A stretch of 64,000 nucleotides of DNA from Planctomycetota bacterium (GTDB taxonomy: Bacteria; Planctomycetota; JAJSAM01; JAJVHW01), in the NCBI GenBank assembly GCA_965248445.1, contig CBDFJG010000004.1, positions 896,001 to 960,000 of the forward strand, read 5' to 3'. Below, one piece after another: positions 40,491 to 50,498 of the stretch. Position numbers and translations under genes: made by a program. A model generated the notes under the pieces. It saw nothing but the letters and a program-made list of their open reading frames with translations, did not search any database and was not told the DNA's origin. The first letter of the stretch is position 1; every line of letters starts with the position of its first letter.

Positions 40491-41423
40491 ATGCGCAAGC
40501 GCGACCAGGAGCAGGTGAGGGAGCGCTGCCACCGCTCTCTCACCGCGCTACTGGAACCCCTCGGTCGTGTTCCCGGCACCGTGCGGGCGGACAACGAGGG
40601 ATGGGTGAACGTGGTGCTGTTCGTCGATGACCTCGTCGTGCGCTTCAACGTCCGCGATCCGCAGTGGCCGAAGATCGCCCGCGAGGCCGAGGCGTACCGG
40701 CTGATGGGTGCGGCGGGCCTGCCCGTACCCGAGGTGTTGCACGTCGACACGAGCCGCAGCGTCTGTCCCTACGACGCAATGGTGCTCTCGCGCATGCCGG
40801 GGATGTCGCTCGAGCGGCGGTGGAAGGACCTTGAGTCGGCCCCCCGCGAGACACTGGCAGTCGAGGTCGGCGCGCTGCTGCGCACGGTCCACGCAATCCG
40901 TCCGGGCGGTTTTGGCGAACTGGCGCTTCCGGCGGGCGAGCGGCACGCGACGTTCGCCACGTACATCGACGCGCTGCGAGAACTCCGCGTCGCGGACGCA
41001 CTGCGCGTCGGCGCGATCGAGGAGCAGCACGCGGCCCGCGTGCGTGCCGCGTTCGCCGCTGCAGGCGACGCGCTCGCCGAGGTGGGGGCCGCGTCCCTCG
41101 TTCACGGTGACTACCACTTCGGCAATGTGCTCGTCGAGGGCGGCCGGGTCACCGCACTTCTGGATCTCGAGTGGAGCCGCGCGGGCGATCCCCTCGAGGA
41201 CCTGTGCATTGCGGCCGAGGTCGACCAGTTCTGCCCCGGAGCCCGCACTCCGGTCGCTGCGGGCTACCTCGATGGCCGCGAGCTGACCGAACAAGAGCAG
41301 GCGCGCTTCCGCCTGCACCGCTGCCTGCGGAACCTGGAGATGTGCGAGGTCGCCCATCGCACCGGCTCCGACGAATTCGAGGAGGGCAACGCGGTCACGC
41401 GGGCCCAGATCGAGAGCCTCTGA
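40491..41423 (+). CDS. Aminoglycoside phosphotransferase-like kinase
   Basis: GLPVPEVL, HGDYHFGNVL, LLDLE...GDP. Confidence 0.85.
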   Translation: MRKRDQEQVRERCHRSLTALLEPLGRVPGTVRADNEGWVNVVLFVDDLVVRFNVRDPQWPKIAREAEAYRLMGAAGLPVPEVLHVDTSRSVCPYDAMVLSRMPGMSLERRWKDLESAPRETLAVEVGALLRTVHAIRPGGFGELALPAGERHATFATYIDALRELRVADALRVGAIEEQHAARVRAAFAAAGDALAEVGAASLVHGDYHFGNVLVEGGRVTALLDLEWSRAGDPLEDLCIAAEVDQFCPGARTPVAAGYLDGRELTEQEQARFRLHRCLRNLEMCEVAHRTGSDEFEEGNAVTRAQIESL

Positions 41424-41487
41424 GCGACCGCCTGGCGAGCGGGAATACTTTGTGATACACGCCTCGGGTGCCTAGGTTCAGGCGGTC

Positions 41488-41958
41488 ATGCAGCAGACGA
41501 CCCTCCGCCGGCTCGACCGCGTGGGCTCCGCGGTGTCCTCGCTCTGCGCGGTGCACTGCCTGCTCGTGCCGTTCCTCCTCGGCGCGCTGCCGGTCGTCGG
41601 ACTGGCGTTCCTCATCGAACCGGCGTTCGAGTGGACGATCATCGGAGCGAGCGCATTGATCGGAGTCCTCGCGCTGGGCGGCGGTGCCAAGCGCCATGGC
41701 GCGCCCGGTCCCTTGGTGGCGTTCGCCCTCGGATTGGGCCTCTTCGTGGTCGCGCGGCTGCTCGAGCACGCCGCTGGGCACGCTCACGTGGGCGACGCGG
41801 CGCATCACGGTATGCGCACCGCCCCTTGGCTCGTCGTGACACTCTCCGTGCTCGGCGGCATCGCGATCGTGGCCGCGCACCTCTGGAACACGCGCCTGGT
41901 CGGGACGCACGCGCACACGTGCCATGATCACGACCACGGCAGCGAGTCCGACCACTAG
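41488..41958 (+). CDS. MerC-domain membrane protein with His-rich segments
   Basis: LDRVG...S.LCAVHC, AHLWN, His-rich tail. Confidence 0.8.
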   Translation: MQQTTLRRLDRVGSAVSSLCAVHCLLVPFLLGALPVVGLAFLIEPAFEWTIIGASALIGVLALGGGAKRHGAPGPLVAFALGLGLFVVARLLEHAAGHAHVGDAAHHGMRTAPWLVVTLSVLGGIAIVAAHLWNTRLVGTHAHTCHDHDHGSESDH

Positions 41959-42854
41959 GCCGGAGCGTCGAGCGACCAGGTCGAGATCGTCTCCTCCGTG
42001 GTGAACCCGGCAGACTCGTAGAGCGCGCGAGCGTGCGAGTTGCCGGCGTACACGTCAAGCCGCACCGGTGCCGCGGAGCGCTCGAGTGCAGTGTGCATGC
42101 CCGCGATGAGCAGCGCGCGGCCGAGCCCGCGGCTCCGCGCGCCGGGTCGCACGACGAGGCTGTTGACGCACGCCTTGCCGCCGAACTCCTTCGTGTGGCA
42201 GAGGCCGATGACCTCAACGTCCCGCTCCGCGAACCACACGTGGCAACCCGGCACCGTGCGCATCTTCGCCAGGTCTTCCGGCGTCAGCTCGACGTGCGAC
42301 GGCGTGCCGCGAAATCCGATGTCGGTGAGTTCGCGCCACGTCGCGTCGTCGGCTGCGTCGCGCCGATCCGGGCGCAGGGTCACGCCGTCCGGCGGGGCAG
42401 GAACGGGAGGGACGGCTTCGCAGCGCATCCAGAGCGATGCGCGCACGACGCGGAAGCCCCGCGCCTCGAGGAACTGCTCCCCCTCCTTCCAGGCCGAGAG
42501 CGTGCTCGCCTGCCGGGTGACGTGGCCTGTGTCGTACGAGCACACTTCGTCATACATGCGCCTGCCGATGCCGCGCCGCCGCCAGTCCGGGTGCACGATG
42601 ATCCGGAAGTTGCGCAACTCGCGTTCCTCGTACGGACACCGCGACGTCATGAGGAGTGCGACCAGTCGGCCTTCCTCGAGTGCGACGCGGAAGTCGCGGC
42701 CACCGTGGTTCCACGACTGTGCAACGAAGCTCCGCCACTCGGTTGCGGATGTCGGCTCGTACGACGAGTCGCGCGCGACGAGCGCGTCGAAGAACGCGGA
42801 GACGGCCTCCGTGTCGCTGTCGCAAACGGGACGGATCTGAACGGCTGTGTCCAT
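41955..42854 (-). CDS. Tandem GNAT acetyltransferase
   Basis: Two acetyl-CoA motifs: VHPDWRRRGIG and VRPGARSRGLG. Confidence 0.85.
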   Translation of the reverse strand: MDTAVQIRPVCDSDTEAVSAFFDALVARDSSYEPTSATEWRSFVAQSWNHGGRDFRVALEEGRLVALLMTSRCPYEERELRNFRIIVHPDWRRRGIGRRMYDEVCSYDTGHVTRQASTLSAWKEGEQFLEARGFRVVRASLWMRCEAVPPVPAPPDGVTLRPDRRDAADDATWRELTDIGFRGTPSHVELTPEDLAKMRTVPGCHVWFAERDVEVIGLCHTKEFGGKACVNSLVVRPGARSRGLGRALLIAGMHTALERSAAPVRLDVYAGNSHARALYESAGFTTEETISTWSLDAPA

Positions 42855-43016
42855 CTCACAGAGAGGCTAAACGCAAGCGTCACCAAGCGGTTACGTCGTC
42901 GCCTGTTGTCGAATCAGTGTGCTCGGACGAGGACGCCCGGCCTCGAATTCGACGCTCCGCGAACGGCACGCGCGTTGCGCCCGTAGCTGTGGTTCCTGAC
43001 AAACAGGAGGTGAACC

Positions 43017-43763
43017 ATGTTGCTACGCAAGAGCATCCTGGCCGCGACGATCGCGGCCGCAGTCGCCGTCTCCGCGACGGGCACCGTTCTCGCCGATCAC
43101 GAGGAGGAGCAGCGCGTCCTCCACGCGGCGCGGGGTCCCGTCATCGTGGAACGGTCCGATCGGATCATGCTCGACCGCGCTCGCACGATGCGTCGCCTCG
43201 ACCGTGCGCTGGCCGAGGCAGACGAACTTGCGAAGCTCGTTCGGGAGGTCCAGCCGCACCCCGTGTGGGGGAGGCTCGCCGCGCCGTCAGAAGGCCGTGA
43301 GCGTCCCGGCGCAAGGGTGACCGAAGAGCGGGCACCGCTGCACGGCATCCAACGACCGCAGAGGATCGACCGCGACGAGATCCTGCGGCGCACCGAAGCG
43401 CTCAACCGGGAACTGGTGGCACTGCGCCGCCGTGTGGAGCGCGCTCCGGCCGCCCCCGTCGTTCGGGTGATCGAACCCATCGCCGATCATGCACTGCACG
43501 GCTTCCTCGGAAGTGTCCAGCGGGCGCGTTTCTCGAGCGACAAGCTCGCTCGGGTGCGTGGTCTCGTCGGGCGCTCTCACATGACGGCGGCCCAGGCCGC
43601 TCTGATCATGCGGGTCCTGCCGTCGTGGATCCAGGTGGACGCCGGTGTGCTGCTCTACGGAGCGGTTCTCGACGCCGAGCGCTTCGATCTGGTCTTCGCG
43701 GAGCTTCGCTACCGCGGCGATCGATACGCCCTGAGGGGCCGTCTGGCGCGCATCCGTCGCTGA
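43017..43763 (+). CDS. Secreted protein with DUF4476-like C-terminus
   Basis: AGGAGG RBS; signal peptide; FSSDKL...MTAAQA motif. Confidence 0.6.
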   Translation: MLLRKSILAATIAAAVAVSATGTVLADHEEEQRVLHAARGPVIVERSDRIMLDRARTMRRLDRALAEADELAKLVREVQPHPVWGRLAAPSEGRERPGARVTEERAPLHGIQRPQRIDRDEILRRTEALNRELVALRRRVERAPAAPVVRVIEPIADHALHGFLGSVQRARFSSDKLARVRGLVGRSHMTAAQAALIMRVLPSWIQVDAGVLLYGAVLDAERFDLVFAELRYRGDRYALRGRLARIRR

Positions 43764-43782
43764 CCCCCGATACCGCAGTCTC

Positions 43783-43814
43783 ACGCGCCGCCGCGCTCCC
43801 GCGCGGCGGCGCGT
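43783..43814 (+). terminator. GC-rich 14-bp stem hairpin
   Basis: ACGCGCCGCCGCGC-TCCC-GCGCGGCGGCGCGT, 20 bp after a stop codon. Confidence 0.6.
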
Positions 43815-43868
43815 CTCTCGTTGTCCCCCGTTTGTCACCCTTCCCGGCCCGGCGGGTACGATCTGCGC

Positions 43869-45260
43869 ATGCGATCGGGTAAGGGGTTCTTCATCGCGCT
43901 GGCCGTGGCCGCGTCGTTGCTCGCGTGCCGCAGCACGAGCGAGCAGCAGGCTGCCCAGCGCCGGTCTGCCGCGGCCGAGATCGGCCAGCCACGCCCCGCC
44001 GACGTCGCGGTGCGCTTGTTCGTGACCGCCGAGACGCGCGGCTTCCTCGGGCCCTGCGGGTGCGAGGAGAAGCAGCAGGGCGGATTCCCACGCCGCGCCA
44101 CCTACCTCGCCTCGGTGTCCGGCGGCGACGATCTGCGCATCGACCTCGGCAACCTGGCACCGGGCAAGGGCGCGCTGAAGGACCTGCGAGTACGCGCGAT
44201 ACTCGATGCGCTGGAGCGCACGCACTACGACGTGCTCGTGCCGGGCAAGTACGAGGTGGAACTTGGGCCGCAGTTCCGTGTCGAAGCCGGAGCGCGCCGC
44301 GACGTTCACGTCGTGTGCGCGAACCTCCTGGACGGGGCGGGTGCGCCCGTCTTCCCGTCGACGTACCTTCACACTCTGGCCGACGGGCGGCGCATAGCGG
44401 TCATCGGCGTCACAGACGACCGCACGAAAGCGCCGGCCGGGCTGCAGGTCGCACCGGCTGCGGGCGCGGTGCGGACGGCCGTCGAGTTCGTCACCGACGC
44501 CGACGCGATCGTGCTCGCGGCGGCGATGCCGTACGCGCGGGCAGCGGAACTTGCGCGCGCGGTGCCGGGCGTCACGGTCGTGCTCGCCAGCGAGACTGCC
44601 GAGGACGATGAGATGATGATGGGCGGCGGCAAGGCGGATCCTGCCGGAGAGGGGTTCCGCAGCAACGCACCGCCGCTCGTGACCGCCGGGGAATTCGCCG
44701 CGTACGTGCGCCGCGTGGATCTCGACGCCGGGCTGGCACCGACTGCGACGTGGCGCGCGTGGCTGGGCGAGGAGGTCGCCGACGACGCGGAACTGGCGAC
44801 CCTCGTGAAGCAGTTCCGCCAGGACGCGATTGCGCTGGATCCGAACCTCGTCCCCGACATCTGGAAGGGCCTCACTGCACGCGGATTCGCCGGTTCGCAC
44901 ACGTGCGCGCCATGCCACTCGGGCGACCACTCGACGTGGGCGGACTCGCTGCACGGACGGGCGATGAAGATCCTCGTCGAACGCGATTCGAACCGGGACC
45001 CGGAGTGCGTCCCGTGCCACCTCGTGGACGTTCCCGCGGACGGTTCGCGTGAGATCGCCCAAGCGGACAGACTCGGCGTCGGCTGCGAGGGCTGCCATGG
45101 CGGACGCGACGAGCACGTCGCGCTCGCGCGGGCGGGTCAGCTCCCCGCGGATCCCCCCGACGATCGCGCCTCCGAGGGCTGTCGCGGCTGCCACCACCCG
45201 CCCGAGGTGAAGACGTTCGACTTCGAGATCCAGTGGCCGCGGATCAGCCACGGCCGGTAG
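43869..45260 (+). CDS. Lipoprotein: 5'-nucleotidase-like domain + tetraheme c554-like domain
   Basis: LLAC lipobox, G.L.PCGC...GG..RR motif, four CxxCH (CAPCH, CVPCH, CEGCH, CRGCH). Confidence 0.85.
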   Translation: MRSGKGFFIALAVAASLLACRSTSEQQAAQRRSAAAEIGQPRPADVAVRLFVTAETRGFLGPCGCEEKQQGGFPRRATYLASVSGGDDLRIDLGNLAPGKGALKDLRVRAILDALERTHYDVLVPGKYEVELGPQFRVEAGARRDVHVVCANLLDGAGAPVFPSTYLHTLADGRRIAVIGVTDDRTKAPAGLQVAPAAGAVRTAVEFVTDADAIVLAAAMPYARAAELARAVPGVTVVLASETAEDDEMMMGGGKADPAGEGFRSNAPPLVTAGEFAAYVRRVDLDAGLAPTATWRAWLGEEVADDAELATLVKQFRQDAIALDPNLVPDIWKGLTARGFAGSHTCAPCHSGDHSTWADSLHGRAMKILVERDSNRDPECVPCHLVDVPADGSREIAQADRLGVGCEGCHGGRDEHVALARAGQLPADPPDDRASEGCRGCHHPPEVKTFDFEIQWPRISHGR

Positions 45261-45268
45261 CGCGGCCG

Positions 45269-46042
45269 TCAGAGAGGCGTCAACTCGACGCCCCGTTCGT
45301 CCAGCGCCGCCGCCAGAGCGGGATCACACAACACCGCCGTCTCTCGGTCGCGGGCGTCCGATGATGTGAACCCCGTGGCCGGTCGAGCTCCCGGATGCAC
45401 CATGAACTCGAGCGTCTCCGCTCCGGCATCGCGGGCGGCGTCGACTTCCGCCAGGAACGCCGCGAGCGACGGGTCCCGTGCAAACGCGTGACCCGCGAAC
45501 GCGGCGCCGGGCGCCGCGGCGGCCCGCGCGCACCCCTCGGCGAACAGCGCGTCGAACTCCTCGGGTGTGAACCCGGCCGGCACGCGAACCCACGCGCCGG
45601 GTGCCAGCTCTGCGACAGCCGCAGTGACGGACTCGCAGACGTCGGGAAGGACGTGCACGTGGTTGTGCCCGTTCACGAACGCCGGAGCGCGGCCGAGCAA
45701 GTCGGCGAGCGTGAGGAACTGAGCGCGCACCTCCGCCTGCACTTCGTCGAGCGCGACGGCACCGTGGCTGAGCGCGGTCCAGACCCCGCGCTTGTCCCCG
45801 GAGAAGCAGACCCGGCCGAGGTCGCTGCATGCTTCGGACACAGGCGCGCCGTCGGTGAGGTTCAAATGCAGCCCCAGCGAGAGGTCGGTCAGGAGAGCCG
45901 CCCTGGCGAACGCTGCGGCTGTGGGGCCGTTGACGGCGACCGACGCGCAGGTGACCACGCCGTCCTGCGCGGCGCGGAGGATCGCATCGTCACTCGCCGG
46001 CGCGAAACCCGCGTCGTCCGCCACTACTGCCAGTCGCATCAC
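45269..46042 (-). CDS. ChbG/YdjC-family deacetylase
   Basis: ADDAG, GLHLNLTDG, NGHNHVH, EFMVHPG. Confidence 0.9.
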   Translation of the reverse strand: MMRLAVVADDAGFAPASDDAILRAAQDGVVTCASVAVNGPTAAAFARAALLTDLSLGLHLNLTDGAPVSEACSDLGRVCFSGDKRGVWTALSHGAVALDEVQAEVRAQFLTLADLLGRAPAFVNGHNHVHVLPDVCESVTAAVAELAPGAWVRVPAGFTPEEFDALFAEGCARAAAAPGAAFAGHAFARDPSLAAFLAEVDAARDAGAETLEFMVHPGARPATGFTSSDARDRETAVLCDPALAAALDERGVELTPL

Positions 46043-49000
46043 GTGTCACCGCCCATCGCCCTGACCCGGCGGTACGTCGCGTAGTTCGCGAGCATCTTCT
46101 GCGCGGTCTCCTCCGGCACGCGCGCGAGGACCTCGTCGAGGATCTGATTCGCTTCGGCGGCCAGCGTCGGCTCTCCGGTGGCGTCGTGGAGCGTTGCGAG
46201 CAGTGACATCCGCGACGTGACGCCGATGCGATGTCGCGTCTCCGCGTAGGCGAGGAGCGCCTTCTGCCGCGCGGAGCTGTCGAGCCGGTCGACGTGCGCA
46301 GTGACCGCTACGAGGTACAGCCGGGCAAGCGGTGTCCCTTCTCCGTCGAGCGTCCTTCGCGCCTGCCCGAGCCACTTGCGTGCCTGCTCGGTCTCACCCT
46401 CTCGGGCGAAGTCCGCGGCAAGACCGACCATCTCATGCGCGACCTCGCCTCCGTGGCCGGCCTCGCGATACTCCTCGATGGCTTCGAGGGTGCACTCGCG
46501 CGCGTACGCCTCGTTGCCGCGGACCGATGCGAGCGACCCGCGCAACGCCGTAACCGTGGCAGTGAGTCGCTTGCTCCCCGTCGCCGCGACGATCTCCGCG
46601 CCGCGCTCGAGATCGCGCTCTGCGGACTCGGGGTTTCCGAGCTGGAGATACAGGCGCGCCCGATTCACCACATCGTAGCCTTCGTCCTTCAGCGCGCCGA
46701 TCGCCCGGTGCAACTCGAGGCTCTCGCACCGCGCCTCGAGCGAGTCGAGCAGGCGCCCCTTGGCGTGCAGGCCCGCTGCGATGTAGCGCTGCGAGTTCGC
46801 CTCGACCGCCTGCGATCCGAGCTCCCTCGCGAGCCGCCGCGCAGCTTCGTGACACACGCGCGCCTCGTCGAAGCGGCCGAGCTGGAACAGGTCCGTGCCG
46901 AGATTGAGCGTCGCCACCATCTCGCCGTTTCGATTCCCGATCTCGCGGGCCATGTCGCGCGCACGCTCGTGCCACTCGCGCGACTCGTCGATGCGCCCGA
47001 GGTTCATGAGGTCGTTGCCGTAGCTGTTCGTCGCGACCTGTTCCCTGTGCCGGTCTCCCGCGGAGCGGGCCTGTTCGAGGCCCCGGCGGTGGTGCACGAG
47101 TGCTTCGTCGAGCCGGCCCACGCTACGAAGCGTGTTTCCGAACCGGATGCTCGCGGCCGCGCGGGCCGCGTCGTCGCCTGCGTCGTCGAGCAACGCCACC
47201 GCGCGCTCGTGCGCCACGACGGCCTCTGCGTTGCGACCCTGCTGCGCAAGCGTGAAACCGAGGTGGCTTGCAGACGTGCCTTCGAGCGAGCGCTCGCCCC
47301 CCTCGCGTGCGATCTTCTCCGCCTCTTGGTACGCCGCGAGCGCAGCCTCGTACTTCGACGTCACGCGGAGCAGATTGCCGAAGGCGAGCCGAGCCATCGT
47401 TCGTAGCTCGTTGTCCGCGAGTTCGTCGGCCAACTCGACAACCTGGTCGGCGACGACGCCCTGTTCGCGGCGCTTGCCGAGATAACCCAGGTTGCGTCCG
47501 AGCGTAAGCATCAGCTGCGCGCGGATCGGGCCGCGCGGTGCCCCGGGCAGGACGAGGGCGTCGCGCACGAGAGCGACGACGGCCGCTCGCTCGTGCCGCG
47601 CCTCGAGGTGCGCGAGTGCGGGTTCGATGTGCGGAGCCGCCTCGTCGCTGCGTTGAGCCGCGACCCAATGGTGTGCGATCTCCGCGTGCGCCCCGCCGTC
47701 GTAGTCCCCGGCGGCCCGACGCGCGAGCGTCGCTGCGAGCAGCGCGTGATACTCCTCGCGCAGCAATGGAGAGAGCCGGTCGTAGAGCGCCTCGCGGATC
47801 TGGTGGTGGTCGAAGACGTAACGGCGCCCGCGGCCACGCACGAGACGATGCTCGTCCTCGAGGTGCGCGAGCTGTTTCAGGAGCGGGATGCGAGGGCGCT
47901 CGAGCGCTTCGCCGATCAGGAGCGGATCGAAGTCGAGTCCGGCGCACGCCGCGAGGTCCAGCAGGTCGCGGTCGTGTCGCGGCAGCCCGGACAAGCGCTC
48001 GAGCACGAGATCGACGATCGTCGAGGGCACCGTCACGTCGTGAATGGGTTCTGTCGCCACGAACCGGCCGGAGTCGTCGCGATGGATGCGTCCGGCTTCA
48101 TCGAGTCCGCGCAGGATCTCGAGCGCAAACAGTGGATTGCCGTCGGACTTGCGAGCGACTTGCGGCTCGATGTCGTTCGCGAGGACCTCGGAGCCGAGCG
48201 CATCCGCGAGCAGCTGGCCGAGGTCGCGTGGGCCGAGCCGGCGCAGCGTCAGACGCGACGCTTGTGTGAGGCGGTCGATCGAGAGCGTGAAGCCGTCGGG
48301 CAGCCCCGGCCGCGCGGTCCCTAGCAGCAGGATGCGTGACGCCTCGATGCCGCGCGCAAGCGCGAGGAAGTGCGACCGCCCGTCGTCCGCCGCGAGGTGT
48401 AGATCCTCGACCAGGAGCACGACCGTGCGGTGTTCGGAGAGCGATTGAGCGATGCGCACGAACACGCCGGGGAGAGTCGCGGTCGTCAGGGGGGCGGCGT
48501 CCGGCGGCGGTGCGTCGCCGCGCAGGAGCGCCGCAAACGCGGGCACGAGCATCGGGGTCTCGGACAGGTGTCGCTCGAGCGACTCGATGACGTCCGAACC
48601 GGCGAACCGTGCGGCGAGCGCATCCGTGAGGGCACCGACCGCGGTCGCGGCGCCGCTGGCTCCGTGCCCTCCGAAGATGAAGTCGATCGCCGCGCCATCG
48701 GCGCGAAGACGTTCGACGAGTGCGTCCACGAGGCGCGACTTACCGATGCCCGCTTCGCCCTCGATGAGGACGGACCGGCCGTGTCCCTCGTTCGCCTCTG
48801 CGAACGCCCGCTGCAACCGATCCAGTTCGTCGTCACGTCCGACCACGCGCGTCGCGCGCTCCACCGTCATCCGCCGGATCGCGATGGTCTCGTCGCCACC
48901 ACCGTGTTCGCGGCGCTGCCACCACTGCGAGTCCTCGCCCTGTTCCAGCGCTTCGGCGAGCGCGTCGGCCGACGGGAACCGCGCATCCGCGTCTTTCCGT

Positions 49001-49770
49001 AGCAACTGGGACACCGCGGCCGCGAGAAACGGCGAAACGTGCGGGGCGATCTCGGTCAGGAGTGGCGGCGTGTCCTTCAGGATCGCGCGGATCATGCGTC
49101 GCAGATCGCCGGCGGGGAACGGGCCGCGGCCGGCGCCGACCTCGAACAGGATGAGTCCCAGCGCGTAGAGATCCGTCGCCGCGCCGATGTCTTCTCCGTC
49201 CCCGCGCAATTGCTCCGGCGCCGCGTACGCGATGGAACCCACGAACGTCCCGGTGGTCGAGAGACGGATCGCCTCGTCGGCCAGCCGCGCCGCGCCGAGG
49301 TCCATGATCTTCACCGCGTGGTCGGGAGTGATCAGGATGTTCTCCGGCTTGAGGTCGCGGTGCACCGCGCCGGCATCGTGGATCGCTGTGAGGCCGCGTG
49401 CGACCTCGGCGCCCACGTGGCGGCAGATCTGCTCGGGCACCCGCGGCATCTCCCGCAGAAGGTCGCCCAACGTCTGGCCCTCGACGAACTCCATGACGAG
49501 GAGATGGTGGGTGCGCTCCGCGTCCTGCACGGCCTCGACGCCGTAGACGCGCACCACGTTGCGGTGGTGGATGCGGCGTCCGACGTCCGCTTCGCGACGG
49601 AAACGCTCGATGATCCCCGGCCGTTCGAGAAGGTGCGGGTGCACGACCTTGATCGCCACTTCGGTGCCCGTCGCGAGGCCGAGGGCGGGCTCGGCGGTCC
49701 GCGCCAGCACGACCCGCCCGAATCCGCCGGCGCCGAGTTCGCGGAGGGTCTCGAAACGGCCGAGTCGCAT
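46039..49770 (-). CDS. Ser/Thr kinase - STAND ATPase - TPR protein
   Basis: GAGGFG, HRDLKPEN, DLG, APE; GEAGIGKS, EDLH, GNPLF; C-terminal TPR-like repeats. Confidence 0.9.
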   Translation of the reverse strand: MRLGRFETLRELGAGGFGRVVLARTAEPALGLATGTEVAIKVVHPHLLERPGIIERFRREADVGRRIHHRNVVRVYGVEAVQDAERTHHLLVMEFVEGQTLGDLLREMPRVPEQICRHVGAEVARGLTAIHDAGAVHRDLKPENILITPDHAVKIMDLGAARLADEAIRLSTTGTFVGSIAYAAPEQLRGDGEDIGAATDLYALGLILFEVGAGRGPFPAGDLRRMIRAILKDTPPLLTEIAPHVSPFLAAAVSQLLRKDADARFPSADALAEALEQGEDSQWWQRREHGGGDETIAIRRMTVERATRVVGRDDELDRLQRAFAEANEGHGRSVLIEGEAGIGKSRLVDALVERLRADGAAIDFIFGGHGASGAATAVGALTDALAARFAGSDVIESLERHLSETPMLVPAFAALLRGDAPPPDAAPLTTATLPGVFVRIAQSLSEHRTVVLLVEDLHLAADDGRSHFLALARGIEASRILLLGTARPGLPDGFTLSIDRLTQASRLTLRRLGPRDLGQLLADALGSEVLANDIEPQVARKSDGNPLFALEILRGLDEAGRIHRDDSGRFVATEPIHDVTVPSTIVDLVLERLSGLPRHDRDLLDLAACAGLDFDPLLIGEALERPRIPLLKQLAHLEDEHRLVRGRGRRYVFDHHQIREALYDRLSPLLREEYHALLAATLARRAAGDYDGGAHAEIAHHWVAAQRSDEAAPHIEPALAHLEARHERAAVVALVRDALVLPGAPRGPIRAQLMLTLGRNLGYLGKRREQGVVADQVVELADELADNELRTMARLAFGNLLRVTSKYEAALAAYQEAEKIAREGGERSLEGTSASHLGFTLAQQGRNAEAVVAHERAVALLDDAGDDAARAAASIRFGNTLRSVGRLDEALVHHRRGLEQARSAGDRHREQVATNSYGNDLMNLGRIDESREWHERARDMAREIGNRNGEMVATLNLGTDLFQLGRFDEARVCHEAARRLARELGSQAVEANSQRYIAAGLHAKGRLLDSLEARCESLELHRAIGALKDEGYDVVNRARLYLQLGNPESAERDLERGAEIVAATGSKRLTATVTALRGSLASVRGNEAYARECTLEAIEEYREAGHGGEVAHEMVGLAADFAREGETEQARKWLGQARRTLDGEGTPLARLYLVAVTAHVDRLDSSARQKALLAYAETRHRIGVTSRMSLLATLHDATGEPTLAAEANQILDEVLARVPEETAQKMLANYATYRRVRAMGGDT

Positions 49771-49876
49771 GACTCCGCTTATACCCGGAAGACTTCGGCG
49801 ATCCGGGAGGCAAGGATCTGGTCGTCGCCGACTCCGAGCGAGGCTAGCCTCTGCGCCCCTCACCAGGAGACCCGCG

Positions 49877-50380
49877 ATGACGAACGTGACCCTCAAGGGC
49901 AGCCCCTTCCCTCTGGCCGGCGAGTTGCCGGCCGTCGGTGCCGCAGCGCCGGCCTTCAACCTCGTGAAGCAGGACCTCAGCGGGGTGGGCAACGCCGACT
50001 TCGAGGGCCGCACGGTGGTGCTGCTGACCGTGCCCAGTCTGGACACGCCGGTGTGCGCCATCGAGACGCGGAAGTTCAACGAGCGCGCCGCGGGCCTCGA
50101 CGGAGTGGACGTGCTGGTCGCGAGTTCCGATCTCCCCTTCGCGATCAAGCGGTTTTGCGGGGCCGAGGGCATCGAGCACGTTGACGGCGTATCGGACTTG
50201 CGAGACCGTGGCTTCGCCGCCCGCTGGGGCGTGGCGATCGCCGACGGGCCGCTCACGGGCTGCATGGCGCGCGCGGCGTTCGTGATCGGCGAGGACGGCG
50301 CTGTCGTCTACGCCGAACTCGTCACCGAGATCGCGGACGAGCCGGACTACGACGCGATCCTCAGCGCTGCTGCCGGCTAG
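49877..50380 (+). CDS. tpx: Thiol peroxidase
   Basis: PSLDTPVC, DLPFA..RFC, E...EPDY. Confidence 0.95.
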   Translation: MTNVTLKGSPFPLAGELPAVGAAAPAFNLVKQDLSGVGNADFEGRTVVLLTVPSLDTPVCAIETRKFNERAAGLDGVDVLVASSDLPFAIKRFCGAEGIEHVDGVSDLRDRGFAARWGVAIADGPLTGCMARAAFVIGEDGAVVYAELVTEIADEPDYDAILSAAAG

Positions 50381-50498
50381 CGGGCATCGTTCACCAGGGC
50401 GACTCGGCGCTGGATCGAGGGCTCGCCGGGACTCTAACCTCGTCGCATGTGGGGGGGCCGCCGCACAGCCGCCGGCACGCTCCGACCAGGAGGCGCAC

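Noticed and set aside
40491..41423. Antibiotic resistance gene
   Set aside because: Generic APH-fold kinase with no mobile context or specific similarity I can recognise.
41440..41465. Zur/Fur box upstream of the His-rich MerC-like gene
   Set aside because: AT-rich patch only; no convincing palindrome.
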